Assembly (NCBI GenBank): GCA_964252035.1
Contig: OZ176214.1
Direction: 5' to 3' (one strand)
DNA: 64,000 nt
Source: Podarcis erhardii
Taxonomy: Eukaryota
The notes under the pieces: model-generated
Told to the model about the DNA's origin: nothing
What the model saw: only the letters and a program-made list of their open reading frames with translations
Database searches by the model: none
Program-made: the position numbers and the translations under genes
Shown here: positions 62,621-64,000 of the stretch, in pieces
Layout of the letters: each line of letters starts with the position of its first letter
How positions within the stretch are numbered: the stretch's first letter is position 1

Positions 62621-64000
62621 CTTAGGAATCTCCCTTTTACTGACCCAGACCATTGATCCATCTAACTCAATACTGTCCTTACATATTAGCAGTGGTTCTC
62701 CAGGATTTCAGTGTGGGTTCTCTCTCCATCCTACCTGGAGGTGCCAAGGATTGAACATGGGACATTGTGCATGTAAAACAGATGCTCTAACATGGTATCC
62801 AACACTGCTTGCACAGAGTTCAGCTTTTGCAATGGGACTTTCCCTTTGTCTCCTCTTCCCAAGTCTATTTATTTTATCATCTAAAATAAAAATAGGGAAA
62901 GAGCAAAGGAAATAGGGCTAAATAGACAAAGAAAGAAAATGTTTGAAGCTATCTCAAAATGCCCTTTAATATTAAATATGCTGGAAAACCTAACTATCAA
63001 AATGGAATAACATGCTTTATTTCCACTCCTGTCCACCACTAATAATTGCATACACATGTATACACACACACACACACACACACACATTTCTTGTTTTTGT
63101 GAGCTTGTGTTGTTTCTCACAATGCAATTCCCATTTTGTTGCACTGGGGTGGATAGAGCAGTTTGAGAAAGATGTATTTGGAAACAATACCTTAAATCAA
63201 GCAAAGTAGCACATCACAATATTTTACAGGTGTTTCCCCTTCTTTTTTGTTTTGTTTTTGTTTTGTTTTTATGTGCTTTGACTCCCTCTGGGTGACCAAC
63301 ATATGTTAGCAAGACCTGAATCTCCCTGGGTATAACACAAAGTCAACAGAGTAGTGTTTGTATCTTATATTATGTTTTCCTAGATCTGACAACTCTTTAT
63401 ATCATTTTCAAGATTGCCTAAATGTGTGGATTACTAAACAGGCATTCACAAACAAGAGTGTGCTGATTACTCAGTGGTGGTTAGTGGGAATGGGGAAATA
63501 TGTTGCTCTTCCTTTTACCTCTACTTCTCATTTTTCCACTTTTACTTTCAATTTTCCACATTTCCTTGTGTAAGAAAGATGGTGGCTGGAGGATGCTTGA
63601 CTTGGTAGGAATGCTATGAAGTAGTGTGGCATGGTGAGTGACGTTGCAGGGGCATGGCCAATGAGATGAAGGGCTGTGGCTATATTATTTGGGTTGCCTC
63701 TCTAGCATCTTCCTTAAACTGCAGTTTTGTTAATATTTAGCAACTAACTCTCCTACCTTGGTTCTTGCATGAGAGCCAGAAGTAGATTGAGGTATCAGTT
63801 TACTCCCAATTCATGCTAAATTCAAATGTATCTGCTCATAATTGCTTAATTCTGTTTCTACATTATTATTCTTTTTTTGGGGGGGGGGTGTTAGTAAAAA
63901 AAAAAAGTGTATGCAAATACATATTTTTGGATGTGTTGTCTCTCAAAATGCACATTTCTAAATGCATTTTCTCTCAATGTATGCTTTTCCTAATGATTCC

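Overview
Vertebrate non-coding DNA. The Sauria SINE, BovB and Squam3-like SINE content indicates a squamate, most likely a lacertid lizard (inference). I could not identify a host protein-coding exon, rRNA, true tRNA or known miRNA, so the window looks intronic or intergenic. All long ORFs come from retrotransposon fragments (L1, L2, BovB, CR1, RTE-type) or from a stop-free 60-bp GC-rich tandem array. The landscape is dense in nested mobile elements: ten TA-flanked Tigger/pogo-like MITEs in three subfamilies, four Sauria SINEs, hAT-type MITEs, a solo LTR and a probable Ngaro fragment. Between them lie repeat-poor, CpG-retaining or homeodomain-motif-rich stretches that may be regulatory. The most unusual structure is a MITE family whose conserved arms enclose different tandem-array interiors. 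One copy carries a ~78% GC array built from alternating 19-bp inverted arms. Also notable are a near base-exact L1 twin-priming inversion, a SINE>L1 nesting with both TSDs intact, and a DNA-element family with apparent 7-bp TSDs. Novelty cannot be confirmed without Dfam/Repbase and genome-wide searches.
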